Below the pieces are notes generated by a model that saw only the letters and a program-made list of their open reading frames with translations, was not told where the DNA came from and did not search any database. From a virus (lineage: Duplodnaviria; Caudoviricetes), in IMG/VR virus record IMGVR_UViG_3300016484_000428, positions 1 to 33,560 of that record: 33,560 nt of DNA; one strand, 5' to 3'. The translations under genes and the position numbers were made by a program. The number at the start of each line of letters is the position of its first letter. Position 1 is the stretch's first letter. This document shows, one piece after another, positions 1 to 7,283 of this stretch.

Positions 1-1024
1 CAGGTGACAGCATCTGCGCCGAGTTCGTCGTGAACAGCACGTTGCCCGTGCCGCTCTGCTGGCCGATGAGCTGCTGTTCCCGCTGCACGCCGCCCGGGGC
101 ATCGCCAATTGGCACGTTGAGAATCGTGAACGTCTGCTTGCGCAGCAGCTCGCGCACCTCGCTGATGCAATTGTAGAGGTCGATGTAGAGCTGCGGGTCG
201 CCGAGCACCGATCGCCCAATAAACGGCGTCAGGGCGCGGCGCTTGGCATACAGGACAAACGCCGGGACCACGCCGAAGTCGTGCGTGCCCTGGCTAATGA
301 CCTTGCCGTTGCGCGTGCGCAGAATCCAGCCCTCGGCATTGACCTCGCGGACGCGAATCTCGATGCTGCTCGCCGTCAGGGTCTTCTGGTAGCTCTCGCG
401 CGGCACCGCCTCGAGGAACTTGACCGACCGCAGTGCGCCCTGCTCATCGACCAGCCAGTCGGGCACGTCGATGGGCGTATACCAGCGCACGACCGCGCGG
501 CGCGGGTCGTCCGGCAGCACATCCACGTAGCCCCAGAGGTGCCCGAACGCCGCGCACGGCCCCCACGCTTCGTGGAGCAGGTCGTCCCACGTGTTGCCGA
601 GCCCGTCGGCATTGCGCCAGAACTGCATCAACGGGCTGTTCATGTCGAGCTGGCCCGCGCCAGACGTCCGCTCGGGCTTCATGCGGAACAGCAGGCCCTG
701 CAGCTGCTCGATGAGCGTGGCGGCGATGTTCTCGTAACGCGCCAGCTTGCGGCGCTCGGTCAGCTTGGGTGAAGCCTGCTTGGGGCTCGGGTTGACCTCA
801 TAGCGCAGCACGTTGCCGTTGCTGTCGTAGATGGGAATGCTGTGGTCCAGCCACTCGCGGGGGTGCGCGATAAGGTAGGGCCTGCTGTCGTCGATGAAGC
901 CCCCGCCGCCCTCGAAGACATCCAGCAGCTTAGTCCAGATGTCGCGGTAGCGGAGATAGAGCGGGTGCGTGACTCCCAGCACGCTTGACGGCGTGCCGGT
1001 AGGCGTAGACGCAGGAATAGCCAC
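1..1024 (-). CDS. Portal protein, SPP1 gp6/DUF4055-like (module 2), 3' end beyond the window
   Basis: Not in the ORF track (runs off the edge). Manual translation from GTG at 1024: MAIPASTPTGTPSSVLGVTHPLYLRYRDIWTKLLDVFEGGGGF..YLIAHPREW..RRKLARYENIAATLIEQLQGLLFR..FWRNADGLG..HDFGVVPAFVLY..YIDLYNCISEVRELLRKQTF; open for 341 codons; downstream of terL. Confidence 0.75.
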   Translation of the reverse strand, partial: MAIPASTPTGTPSSVLGVTHPLYLRYRDIWTKLLDVFEGGGGFIDDSRPYLIAHPREWLDHSIPIYDSNGNVLRYEVNPSPKQASPKLTERRKLARYENIAATLIEQLQGLLFRMKPERTSGAGQLDMNSPLMQFWRNADGLGNTWDDLLHEAWGPCAAFGHLWGYVDVLPDDPRRAVVRWYTPIDVPDWLVDEQGALRSVKFLEAVPRESYQKTLTASSIEIRVREVNAEGWILRTRNGKVISQGTHDFGVVPAFVLYAKRRALTPFIGRSVLGDPQLYIDLYNCISEVRELLRKQTFTILNVPIGDAPGGVQREQQLIGQQSGTGNVLFTTNSAQMLSP

Positions 1025-1030
1025 GCTTGA

Positions 1031-1059
1031 AGTTTGCGTGTTCGCTTACATGGTGTCAA
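1031..1059 (-). promoter_or_regulatory. Putative sigma70 promoter for a leaderless portal-2 mRNA
   Basis: TTGACA (1054-1059) - 17 nt - CAAACT (1031-1036) - 6 nt - GTG start; no Shine-Dalgarno upstream. Confidence 0.55.
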
Positions 1060-1081
1060 CCGAATAGCCCCACATCTGGGC

Positions 1082-1303
1082 CTACGGCTTGCGCAACAGC
1101 GTGATGTGCACCTCGTAGCCGAGCCCGTCGGCGAACCGCACGAAGGTATCGACGCTGGTGTTCTCGCCGTTGGCGATGCGTTGGAGGGTGCTCTCCCCCA
1201 CACCGGACCGTTTTGCGGCCTCCTGCAGACTCCACCGATTCGCAGCCAGCACCAGCCGCAGATGCCGACGCAGTTCCCCCCGCATCCTCTCTACTGCGGT
1301 CAT
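1082..1303 (-). CDS. XRE/Cro-type helix-turn-helix protein (73 aa)
   Basis: WSLQEAAKRSGVGESTLQRIANGENTSVDTFVRFADGLG; ATG at 1303 overlaps the HNH stop (ATGA). Confidence 0.8.
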   Translation of the reverse strand: MTAVERMRGELRRHLRLVLAANRWSLQEAAKRSGVGESTLQRIANGENTSVDTFVRFADGLGYEVHITLLRKP

Positions 1304-1782
1304 GTCGTTACCGTTTTGCCCTCTCTGACTGCACGCCAGTAGTTGCGCGGCATTCGGTTTTGTGCCTGTTGCGCGACAGTTGCCCATCTGACATTACCTG
1401 GCGCATAGTTGCCGAGCGGGTTGATTCTGTCGATTGAGCAGCCCGCTGGTCGTGGTCCGACTTCGGCAAAAAATTGCTCGAAAGATTCAAACAGAAACTT
1501 GACATTTTCATAAGCGGGATGGTGTTTGCCACCATCAACTGCCCGTTTCTTGGCCCTCGCATAACTTCGATACGCATAGGCTTTCACAGGGTCGTTCTTG
1601 ATTCCAGTGCCAGCGCGTGGGTGCGGCTTATCCTCAAATCTGGTTTGATTCCGGCATGTTTTACAGAAAAGTTCGCGGCCAAGACTTTGTGCTTTCTTGA
1701 CCACATCAGCTCTTGTCAAGCGCGAGACGCGACACCTAGGGCAGCATGTTTCGACTCGCTTATTGAAGTTAGGCATAACCAA
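1300..1782 (-). CDS. HNH homing-type endonuclease
   Basis: CxxC pairs at the N-terminus; GPRPAGCSIDRINPLGNYAPGNVRWATVAQQAQNR HNH motif; visibly lower GC than its flanks. Confidence 0.85.
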   Translation of the reverse strand: MVMPNFNKRVETCCPRCRVSRLTRADVVKKAQSLGRELFCKTCRNQTRFEDKPHPRAGTGIKNDPVKAYAYRSYARAKKRAVDGGKHHPAYENVKFLFESFEQFFAEVGPRPAGCSIDRINPLGNYAPGNVRWATVAQQAQNRMPRNYWRAVREGKTVTT

Positions 1783-1803
1783 ATGGTAGCACTACCACTT
1801 GGT

Positions 1804-2094
1804 TTATTTCCATTTAATTTTGTTTGCCCACCACGCCGCCGACATCGGCCCCTTGGCGATGTTTTCGGCGTGGCGGGCCCGGAAGGCCATCCGACGCTCG
1901 CGGTTGGCCTCCGACTCGCCCTCCCGATGCGGCGAGCCCTTCACGCCCTGCTGGCCGAACCGGATGGTCTTCACTTCGTCGCCCTGCTTCGCCACCACGA
2001 CGTGCGATTTCGTCGGGTGGTTCGGCGTGCGCTTGGGCTGGTTGTAGCCCTCGACGCCCGCCGCCTCGAGTCTCGGGTCACGCTTCTTTGCCAT
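1804..2094 (-). CDS. Small basic phage protein (96 aa)
   Basis: MAKKRDPRLE..KRTPNHPTKSHVVVAKQGDEVKTIRFGQQG..RRMAFRARH..SAAWWANKIKWK; GGAGG RBS before ATG 2094. Confidence 0.7.
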   Translation of the reverse strand: MAKKRDPRLEAAGVEGYNQPKRTPNHPTKSHVVVAKQGDEVKTIRFGQQGVKGSPHREGESEANRERRMAFRARHAENIAKGPMSAAWWANKIKWK

Positions 2095-2287
2095 CGTCTG
2101 TCCTCCGTGGGAATCCTCGCACCTTGTCTGCCTTGGTCTGCTCGTAGGCCCAGAGGCCGAACTGCCAGACCGCAATCGCTCCGGCCAGCAGCCCGAGCAG
2201 GTAGGCCGCCCACCCAGGCACCGGCACCGCCACCACCAGCGCCCACAGCAGCACGAACCACGCCAGCGCCACACACAGCCGTTCCAT
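2078..2287 (-). CDS. Small membrane protein with two TM segments
   Basis: Two hydrophobic stretches; GGAGG RBS directly after the terL stop. Confidence 0.6.
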   Translation of the reverse strand: MERLCVALAWFVLLWALVVAVPVPGWAAYLLGLLAGAIAVWQFGLWAYEQTKADKVRGFPRRTDDGKEA

Positions 2288-2296
2288 GTCGCCCTC

Positions 2297-3571
2297 CTAC
2301 AGCCAGCCCACGGTCGCCATGCCCACGCCGCCCCGCTGCACGAGCGGCCATTCCTGCGCGACGGCGTAGCCGAAGGCGTCGGAGATGTGCGTCAGCAGCG
2401 GGTTGCGCTTCTTGTCGAGGTCGCCGTTGTCGGCAAACACGACCTGCTCGAGGTCTGCAATCAGATGCTCACACGCCGGGTCCACCACTAGGTGCGACTT
2501 GCCGTCCATCGTCTGGCACCGGGCATTCACCGCCGCCACACGGTCGCGGACGTGCGGGTTGGCTTTCGGAATATACCACTGCGCGTGCGGGAACACCTCG
2601 CGTAACACGGCATGGTCGGCAGGGCCGGTGGTCTTGGCGGCTTGGCCACTGGCGTCGCCGTAGATGCGCAGCTGGCCCGTCCATCCCGCCGACTGCAGTA
2701 GCTCCTTGGCGCGCAGCGCTGCCGCACGGGTCGCCTCGCCCCCGGCATGGGCAATCCAGATTTCGCGCCACACGTGGCACTCATCGCCGATGCGCTGGAA
2801 GATGACGCCCGTCGATGGCTGCACGTTGAAGTCGAACGCCAACCCGACCCACGGGCCTGGCTGGAGGTGCACGGCGCGGCGGTGCTGCTGGCGGTCGAAG
2901 GCGTAGTAGGCGCGTCCGGCGACGGCCTCGAAGCTGGCCTCCCACTCCTGCCGAAAGGTGCGCGGGTCGGTCGTCTGCCGCGCTTCCTCGATTTCCTGCG
3001 GGTCCAGCGTCGGGTTGTCGATGCTCTTGAACTGCCACGAGGCCCACGAGCGCCAGCGGTCGTCCGTGGACTGCCCCCGCTCGAACAGGGCGTGGAAGTG
3101 ATTGAACGACTTCGGCGTGCCGATGAACAGCGCCGGGGCGCGATAGTCGGCCAGCGCGGGACGGATGGCCCGTTCCCATGCGTCCGGTTTCATGTCGGCG
3201 AACTCGTCCAGCACGGCAAACCGCAGGCCGCGGCCCACCAGGTCGTCGGGGTTGTCGGCCCCGTGCAGGCGTAGCTCGGCCCCGTTGCGCAGGCGAATGG
3301 ACAGCTCGGACTCGTTGACTTTCTCCACCCATGACGGGTGCAGGGACTCCTTGAGGTCGTCCCACATGATGTCCTTGGCCGCCTTGAGCGTTGGGGCGAC
3401 ATACCAGTAGCGGCCTTTCCCGCCACGCAGGGCGCGGGTGTTGAGCTCGACGCGCGCTAGGTAGGTCTTGCCGATGCGGCGACCCGCGCAGACCACACGA
3501 AATCGCTTCCGACTGCGGAAGACTTCGGCTTGCTTGGCGTGTAGCGCAAAGCGCCACGGCTCAGTCGTCAT
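2297..3571 (-). CDS. terL: Terminase large subunit, Terminase_6/PBSX-like (module 2)
   Basis: Walker A AGRRIGKT, Walker B AVLDEFAD, motif III IGTPK, nuclease DFNV..YGDASG..HISDAFGY; 424 aa intact. Confidence 0.92.
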   Translation of the reverse strand: MTTEPWRFALHAKQAEVFRSRKRFRVVCAGRRIGKTYLARVELNTRALRGGKGRYWYVAPTLKAAKDIMWDDLKESLHPSWVEKVNESELSIRLRNGAELRLHGADNPDDLVGRGLRFAVLDEFADMKPDAWERAIRPALADYRAPALFIGTPKSFNHFHALFERGQSTDDRWRSWASWQFKSIDNPTLDPQEIEEARQTTDPRTFRQEWEASFEAVAGRAYYAFDRQQHRRAVHLQPGPWVGLAFDFNVQPSTGVIFQRIGDECHVWREIWIAHAGGEATRAAALRAKELLQSAGWTGQLRIYGDASGQAAKTTGPADHAVLREVFPHAQWYIPKANPHVRDRVAAVNARCQTMDGKSHLVVDPACEHLIADLEQVVFADNGDLDKKRNPLLTHISDAFGYAVAQEWPLVQRGGVGMATVGWL

Positions 3572-3857
3572 CGCGCGGCTTCAGGCCCTCGCCAGGCTGG
3601 AGCAGGTCGATGATGACCGGGGCCATCGGGACGTTGTGCTCGATGGTTTCCTTGGGCTTGCCGTAGGCGTAGTGGTAGAGCAGGGGCTCGACGGCTCCGG
3701 CAGTGCCCTCGCGCAGGCGGGTCTTGAGCGCGGCGATGTAGGCCGGGTCTTCGAGCAGCGCCTGCGAGGCTTCGCGGATTTCGCGCGTGGCCTTGTTCGG
3801 GGTGCCCTTCTTGCGGCCCCCGGTCTTCGGTGCGCCTTTCGGTCGTCCTCGTGCCAT
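3561..3857 (-). CDS. terS: Putative terminase small subunit (module 2)
   Basis: GRPKG/GGRKKGTPNK N-terminus, YAYGKPKE motif, overlaps the terL start. Confidence 0.7.
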   Translation of the reverse strand: MARGRPKGAPKTGGRKKGTPNKATREIREASQALLEDPAYIAALKTRLREGTAGAVEPLLYHYAYGKPKETIEHNVPMAPVIIDLLQPGEGLKPRDDD

Positions 3858-3915
3858 GTAAACTACTCTACAGTAGAAAAGGGGTTTTATTGGTGGTGTG
3901 GTTTGTTTGACACAC

Positions 3916-4125
3916 TCAGTGTTTCGTCTTGCACTCGGCCATCAGCAGCTCGCGGGTTTCGGTCTCGCTGGTCACGTCTTCGTCCTCGATGAGGTCGAGC
4001 AGGGCCATTGCGCAGAGCGCCGACAGGCTCAGGCCGTAGCTGGCGGCGATGCGGACGGCCTTGTCGTGCTGGGCGTGACTCACCCATGCCGTGATGGCGC
4101 GGCCCTCGGCGCGGCGGTCAGGCAT
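3916..4125 (-). CDS. Ribbon-helix-helix-like DNA-binding protein (69 aa)
   Basis: ITAWVSHAQHDKAVRIAASYGLSLSALCAMAL strand-helix-helix pattern. Confidence 0.5.
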   Translation of the reverse strand: MPDRRAEGRAITAWVSHAQHDKAVRIAASYGLSLSALCAMALLDLIEDEDVTSETETRELLMAECKTKH

Positions 4126-4528
4126 GGAGATGGGCCCGGGAGAAACAGGCGAGGATGCGAGCCCGCGCCACGCCGGTTCTGACATCTTGAGGCGTCACGG
4201 GCACAAAGCGATAGCCTGCGGCGGCAATGGCCGCTTGCTTCTCGAAGTCTTTGACCAGCCCGCTGCCGCGCCCGTGCTTGCCGCCCGTCCAGATGCCGCC
4301 CTGAATCTCGACGGCCACACCGGGCCAGCCGCTGGCATCGCCGACGAGAAGGTCGATGCGCCACCGCCGCGTCGCGTGGAACCGCTGCTCTGGCAACACC
4401 ACAAGGTCAGGCCGCGCCTCGCGCAGCTGCGCCAGCAGGGTCGCCTGCGGGCCGCTTAGGCCGTCACTTCTTGTCGGGCGTCGGCGTCCAGCCCTGCTTG
4501 CGGAGGGTGCCGTAGATGTAGGCATCAC
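4118..4528 (-). CDS. PD-(D/E)XK endonuclease, DUF559/Vsr-like phage family
   Basis: EQRFHATRRWRIDL..VAVEIQGGIWTGGKHGRGSGLVKDFEK..GYRFV; GTGA overlap with the upstream nuclease stop. Confidence 0.75.
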   Translation of the reverse strand: MMPTSTAPSASRAGRRRPTRSDGLSGPQATLLAQLREARPDLVVLPEQRFHATRRWRIDLLVGDASGWPGVAVEIQGGIWTGGKHGRGSGLVKDFEKQAAIAAAGYRFVPVTPQDVRTGVARARILACFSRAHLHA

Positions 4529-4607
4529 GTCGCGCTCCCGTCAGGCCTTTCTTGGCCGCTTCCTTCTTCAGTGCCGCCTCGATTTTCCCGAAGTTTTCCT
4601 TGGGCAT
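4464..4607 (-). CDS. Small basic protein (47 aa) fully overlapped by its two neighbours
   Basis: Manual translation MPKENFGKIEAALKKEAAKKGLTGARRDAYIYGTLRKQGWTPTPDKK; GGAG RBS; GC3-rich codons. Confidence 0.6.
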   Translation of the reverse strand: MPKENFGKIEAALKKEAAKKGLTGARRDAYIYGTLRKQGWTPTPDKK

Positions 4608-5022
4608 GGGGGTCTCCGGCGGTCAGTGTAGCACGGGCCCCCGTCCACGGCTGGCGCTTGGTCTGCCCGTCGTAGGGCCGCGCCAGCTTGGCGGCAATGA
4701 GTGCCTGCTGCACCGTCTCTCCGGTGTCCTGGTCGATGAGGGTCGCCAGCAACCGCCCGAACTTGTCGCGCCCGTCGCGCACGGTCCGCAGGATGATGCG
4801 GTCGGCCCGTGCCTCGCACCACTGCGCGACCAGCGCTTGGGCGTCATGCGCCATGCACCGCTCGTCGAAGGTCTTCCCGCGCAGCTCTGGCGTGTCGATG
4901 CCCTCCAGCCGCACGCGCACGGTCAGGCGGGCGTGGAAGCCCAGCTCGACCTCGAGCTCGACCGTGTCGCCGTCGATGACGTCCAGCAGACGGCAGCGGT
5001 AGTGGTAGCGCGGGTCGGTCAT
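4525..5022 (-). CDS. Thermonuclease (SNase-like) family nuclease
   Basis: VIDGDT..VRLEGIDTPE..DKFGRLLA..LARPYDG motifs; ATGA overlap at 5019-5022. Confidence 0.85.
   Translation of the reverse strand: MTDPRYHYRCRLLDVIDGDTVELEVELGFHARLTVRVRLEGIDTPELRGKTFDERCMAHDAQALVAQWCEARADRIILRTVRDGRDKFGRLLATLIDQDTGETVQQALIAAKLARPYDGQTKRQPWTGARATLTAGDPHAQGKLRENRGGTEEGSGQERPDGSAT
4625..4633 (-). promoter_or_regulatory. Putative extended -10 promoter (TGcTACACT)
   Basis: TG-n-TACACT 17 nt upstream of the 47-aa ORF start; no recognisable -35. Confidence 0.4.
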
Positions 5023-5333
5023 GGCGTCTCCTCCTCCTGTTCGCAATAGGCGCGCACTCGCTCAAGGTCTGGCCACCCCGACTTCGTGACCGCTCGCCCG
5101 ACGAGGCTGTCATGTCCAACGTGCTGGTCAAAGTACCTGCACATCTGTGCAAGCGCATCGTCCAATTCCGCCGCTCTGAAGCCGCGTGCGCTGATGACCC
5201 CCACCAGCCACTCCGTGCTGACATACCAATCGTCGCCGGCAGTATAGATGCAGCCGCTGCCGCACGGCAGCGACTCGATCAACTCCTCCACAAGATGAGT
5301 CCGGTGCGTGTTGTTCATGACGTCATCTGTCAT
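5019..5333 (-). CDS. Hypothetical protein (104 aa)
   Basis: ORF coupled by ATGA overlaps at both ends. Confidence 0.6.
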   Translation of the reverse strand: MTDDVMNNTHRTHLVEELIESLPCGSGCIYTAGDDWYVSTEWLVGVISARGFRAAELDDALAQMCRYFDQHVGHDSLVGRAVTKSGWPDLERVRAYCEQEEETP

Positions 5334-5401
5334 CTCGGCCCCCCGTTTGCTTTGCTATTTAGCATTGCAACCATTGCTAACATTGCAACATGCCCGGTCA
5401 T
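5330..5401 (-). CDS. Putative 23-aa micro-ORF (MTGHVAMLAMVAMLNSKANGGPR)
   Basis: ATGA overlap with both neighbours; contains three 9-bp tandem units beginning CATTGC. Confidence 0.4.
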   Translation of the reverse strand: MTGHVAMLAMVAMLNSKANGGPR

Positions 5402-6162
5402 CGTGGCCACCGCCTGCGATACTCGGCCAGCATCGTATCAGCTATGATCACTCGCTTTTCTCCCGTGATGTACTCCGACACGCATCGGAAAAAGACCTCG
5501 CGCCAGATGTCTTCGTCGCTGGGGCGTGAGCTGTCAAGGATTGCTTGACCGTTGGCCATGTCGAGGTTCTGCGCGGATTGGTCGGTTGGCCTGTCCGCGC
5601 CTGCCTGCTGGAGCCGATACACCTGCTGACGGGCGTGGTCACGCTCGCGCTGATGCTGGTCGATAACTTTCGCGGTGACCTTCGCGAACTCGTCATACTG
5701 CACCTGCACCCGCGTTAGCTTCTTACGAGTCTCGTGCAGTTCGACGGTCAGTCGCTCCACCTCGGCCAATGCTTTGTTCCCATCGGCCACGACCCGGTCG
5801 GTTTCGGCCTCTTCCGCTGCCGCTGCGGCTTCGGCGTGGGCCTTCATTTCGTCGGCCTGCTCGACCGCTACGGTCAGCGCCCCGACCTGTTCTTTCAGGC
5901 GCTCAACCTCGGCCTGTGCCGCGTCGCGCTGGGCAGTGAGCTGCTCCACCTCGCCTGCAACCCAGCGCAGCTCGATGCCGTCGGCCCGCGTCCGGTGCAG
6001 CTCGGTCGTCAAACCAGTGATGTGCGTCTCCATCTCAGTCTGGCGTGCCGTCAGCCGCTCGAACTCGGCTCGATGGTCGTCGTAGCGCACCCAGTCGCCA
6101 CTGCTCGCTGGCATCATCCCGCCGCCGCCCCAGATCGTAACAAACCGCTCGATGTCACTCAT
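5398..6162 (-). CDS. Coiled-coil hypothetical protein (about 254 aa)
   Basis: GDWVRYDDH N-terminal motif followed by repeated (A)EVERLT heptads; GGAGG RBS. Confidence 0.65.
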   Translation of the reverse strand: MSDIERFVTIWGGGGMMPASSGDWVRYDDHRAEFERLTARQTEMETHITGLTTELHRTRADGIELRWVAGEVEQLTAQRDAAQAEVERLKEQVGALTVAVEQADEMKAHAEAAAAAEEAETDRVVADGNKALAEVERLTVELHETRKKLTRVQVQYDEFAKVTAKVIDQHQRERDHARQQVYRLQQAGADRPTDQSAQNLDMANGQAILDSSRPSDEDIWREVFFRCVSEYITGEKRVIIADTMLAEYRRRWPR

Positions 6163-6434
6163 CGTCCCCTCCATTCCGCTTTTTCTCGCGCCCGCCCGGC
6201 AGTCTCCACGTCGAGCATCGCGTCCAGCAGCTCGACCACGCTGTCGCGCATCTGCTTCGTCGAGACGGTCTGCCCCCCTTGCAGATGCACCAGCAGGTCG
6301 CGCAGCGCGACAATGGCCCCGCGATACCGTTCTCGCCGGTTCCAGTGCTTGACGATCTCTGCCGTCTCTCGGCAGTAGGTCTTCGGCGGTGTGGGAACTG
6401 CCGAGGATTCCTCGGGCGTTGGCGTGTCACTCAT
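6159..6434 (-). CDS. Hypothetical protein (91 aa)
   Basis: MSDTPTPEESS..; ATGA-coupled on both sides. Confidence 0.55.
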   Translation of the reverse strand: MSDTPTPEESSAVPTPPKTYCRETAEIVKHWNRRERYRGAIVALRDLLVHLQGGQTVSTKQMRDSVVELLDAMLDVETAGRAREKAEWRGR

Positions 6435-6649
6435 CGCCCATCCTCCATCATCGCCCGGATGCGCCGCCCGATCTCGTCGGCCGTCTCTTTGGCTTCGCCG
6501 GGGCGGGCCTTTGCGCCCACCTGGTCGGCCACGAGTGCGGCCCGTCCCAGCATGGCGTTGCACAGATAATCCGTCTCTGCGCTGACCTGTCGTAGCTGGT
6601 CAGCCATGCCGCGAAGCATGATAAGGATGTCGTTTACCCTGTCGCTCAT
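6431..6649 (-). CDS. Hypothetical protein (72 aa)
   Basis: MSDRVNDILIMLRG..; ATGA-coupled, GGAGG RBS. Confidence 0.55.
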   Translation of the reverse strand: MSDRVNDILIMLRGMADQLRQVSAETDYLCNAMLGRAALVADQVGAKARPGEAKETADEIGRRIRAMMEDGR

Positions 6650-6882
6650 GCCGCCCCTCCCGTCGCCCGCGCATACCGCTGCTGCGCCCGCGCCTGCGCG
6701 ATGATCGCGTCGATCTCGGCCGGCGGCAGATCTAGCGTGTCGTCGATCGGCTCGCCCAGGCTGCGCCGATACCAGACGCGCACGGCGCATTGCTTTTCGG
6801 CATACTTCGCCGCCGTCCCCTGCGGCCCCTTCTTCGCCCGCACCGGCCGGCCGCACCCGCACGCGCACAGCCCGCCGGTCAC
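6646..6882 (-). CDS. Hypothetical protein with a CACGCG zinc-binding-like motif (78 aa)
   Basis: GTG start overlapping the previous stop; CACGCG..C. Confidence 0.55.
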   Translation of the reverse strand: MTGGLCACGCGRPVRAKKGPQGTAAKYAEKQCAVRVWYRRSLGEPIDDTLDLPPAEIDAIIAQARAQQRYARATGGAA

Positions 6883-7067
6883 GACCGCGCCTCCTTGAGC
6901 ACCGCCTGCGCCTCGACGAACCGCGGATCGCGCGGGTCGGTCGCCTCCCATTCGGCCAGGCCGACGCCCACGCGCTCCAGCTTCAGCGCCATGCGCCACG
7001 CTGCCGCCCAGCCCACCACCACGCCCAGCAACAGGCCCCCAAACAGACTGATCCAGATCTCGCCCAT
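6879..7067 (-). CDS. Small protein with an N-terminal TM helix (62 aa)
   Basis: MGEIWISLFGGLLLGVVVGWAAAW; AAGGAGG RBS. Confidence 0.6.
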   Translation of the reverse strand: MGEIWISLFGGLLLGVVVGWAAAWRMALKLERVGVGLAEWEATDPRDPRFVEAQAVLKEARS

Positions 7068-7096
7068 GTCGTCCTCCTTCGTGTGTGTGTGTGAAC

Positions 7097-7276
7097 CGAC
7101 CAGCCGGGCGGGCCGTGTCTCCTCAGCCCCGCGCCCGCTCTCCCACAGGCCCGGCCCCATGCCGGCCGGCTGGTCGTCTACCGGATGCCCTCGGCGGGGC
7201 CTCCCAGCCCCGGCCACGCGGCCGGCGGGCGTGTTTTCGTGCTGCCAGACCGGCAGCCGCCCGGCCCGCCGAGGGC
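7097..7276 (-). ncRNA. Candidate structured RNA/DNA element with two multi-stem domains
   Basis: Perfect inverted repeats 7097-7107/7166-7176 (11 bp) and 7187-7198/7265-7276 (12 bp) enclosing nested stems (7210-7225, 7241-7257, 7226-7231/7258-7263); fills the largest intergenic gap in the window. Confidence 0.45.
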
Positions 7277-7283
7277 CTCCACC

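Noticed and set aside
2297-3571. Second terL as a decayed pseudogene or a duplicate of terL1
   Set aside because: The ORF is full length with intact ATPase and nuclease motifs and belongs to a different family from terL1
3858-3866. GTAAACTAC 9-mer present upstream of both terS genes (also near 33456-33464)
   Set aside because: Opposite orientation relative to the two genes and short enough to arise by chance in AT-rich gaps
7115-7245. Hammerhead-like CUGAGGA and GAAA elements in the structured gap
   Set aside because: The flanks do not form stem II or the stem III/cleavage-site geometry, and the two motifs lie in separate closed domains
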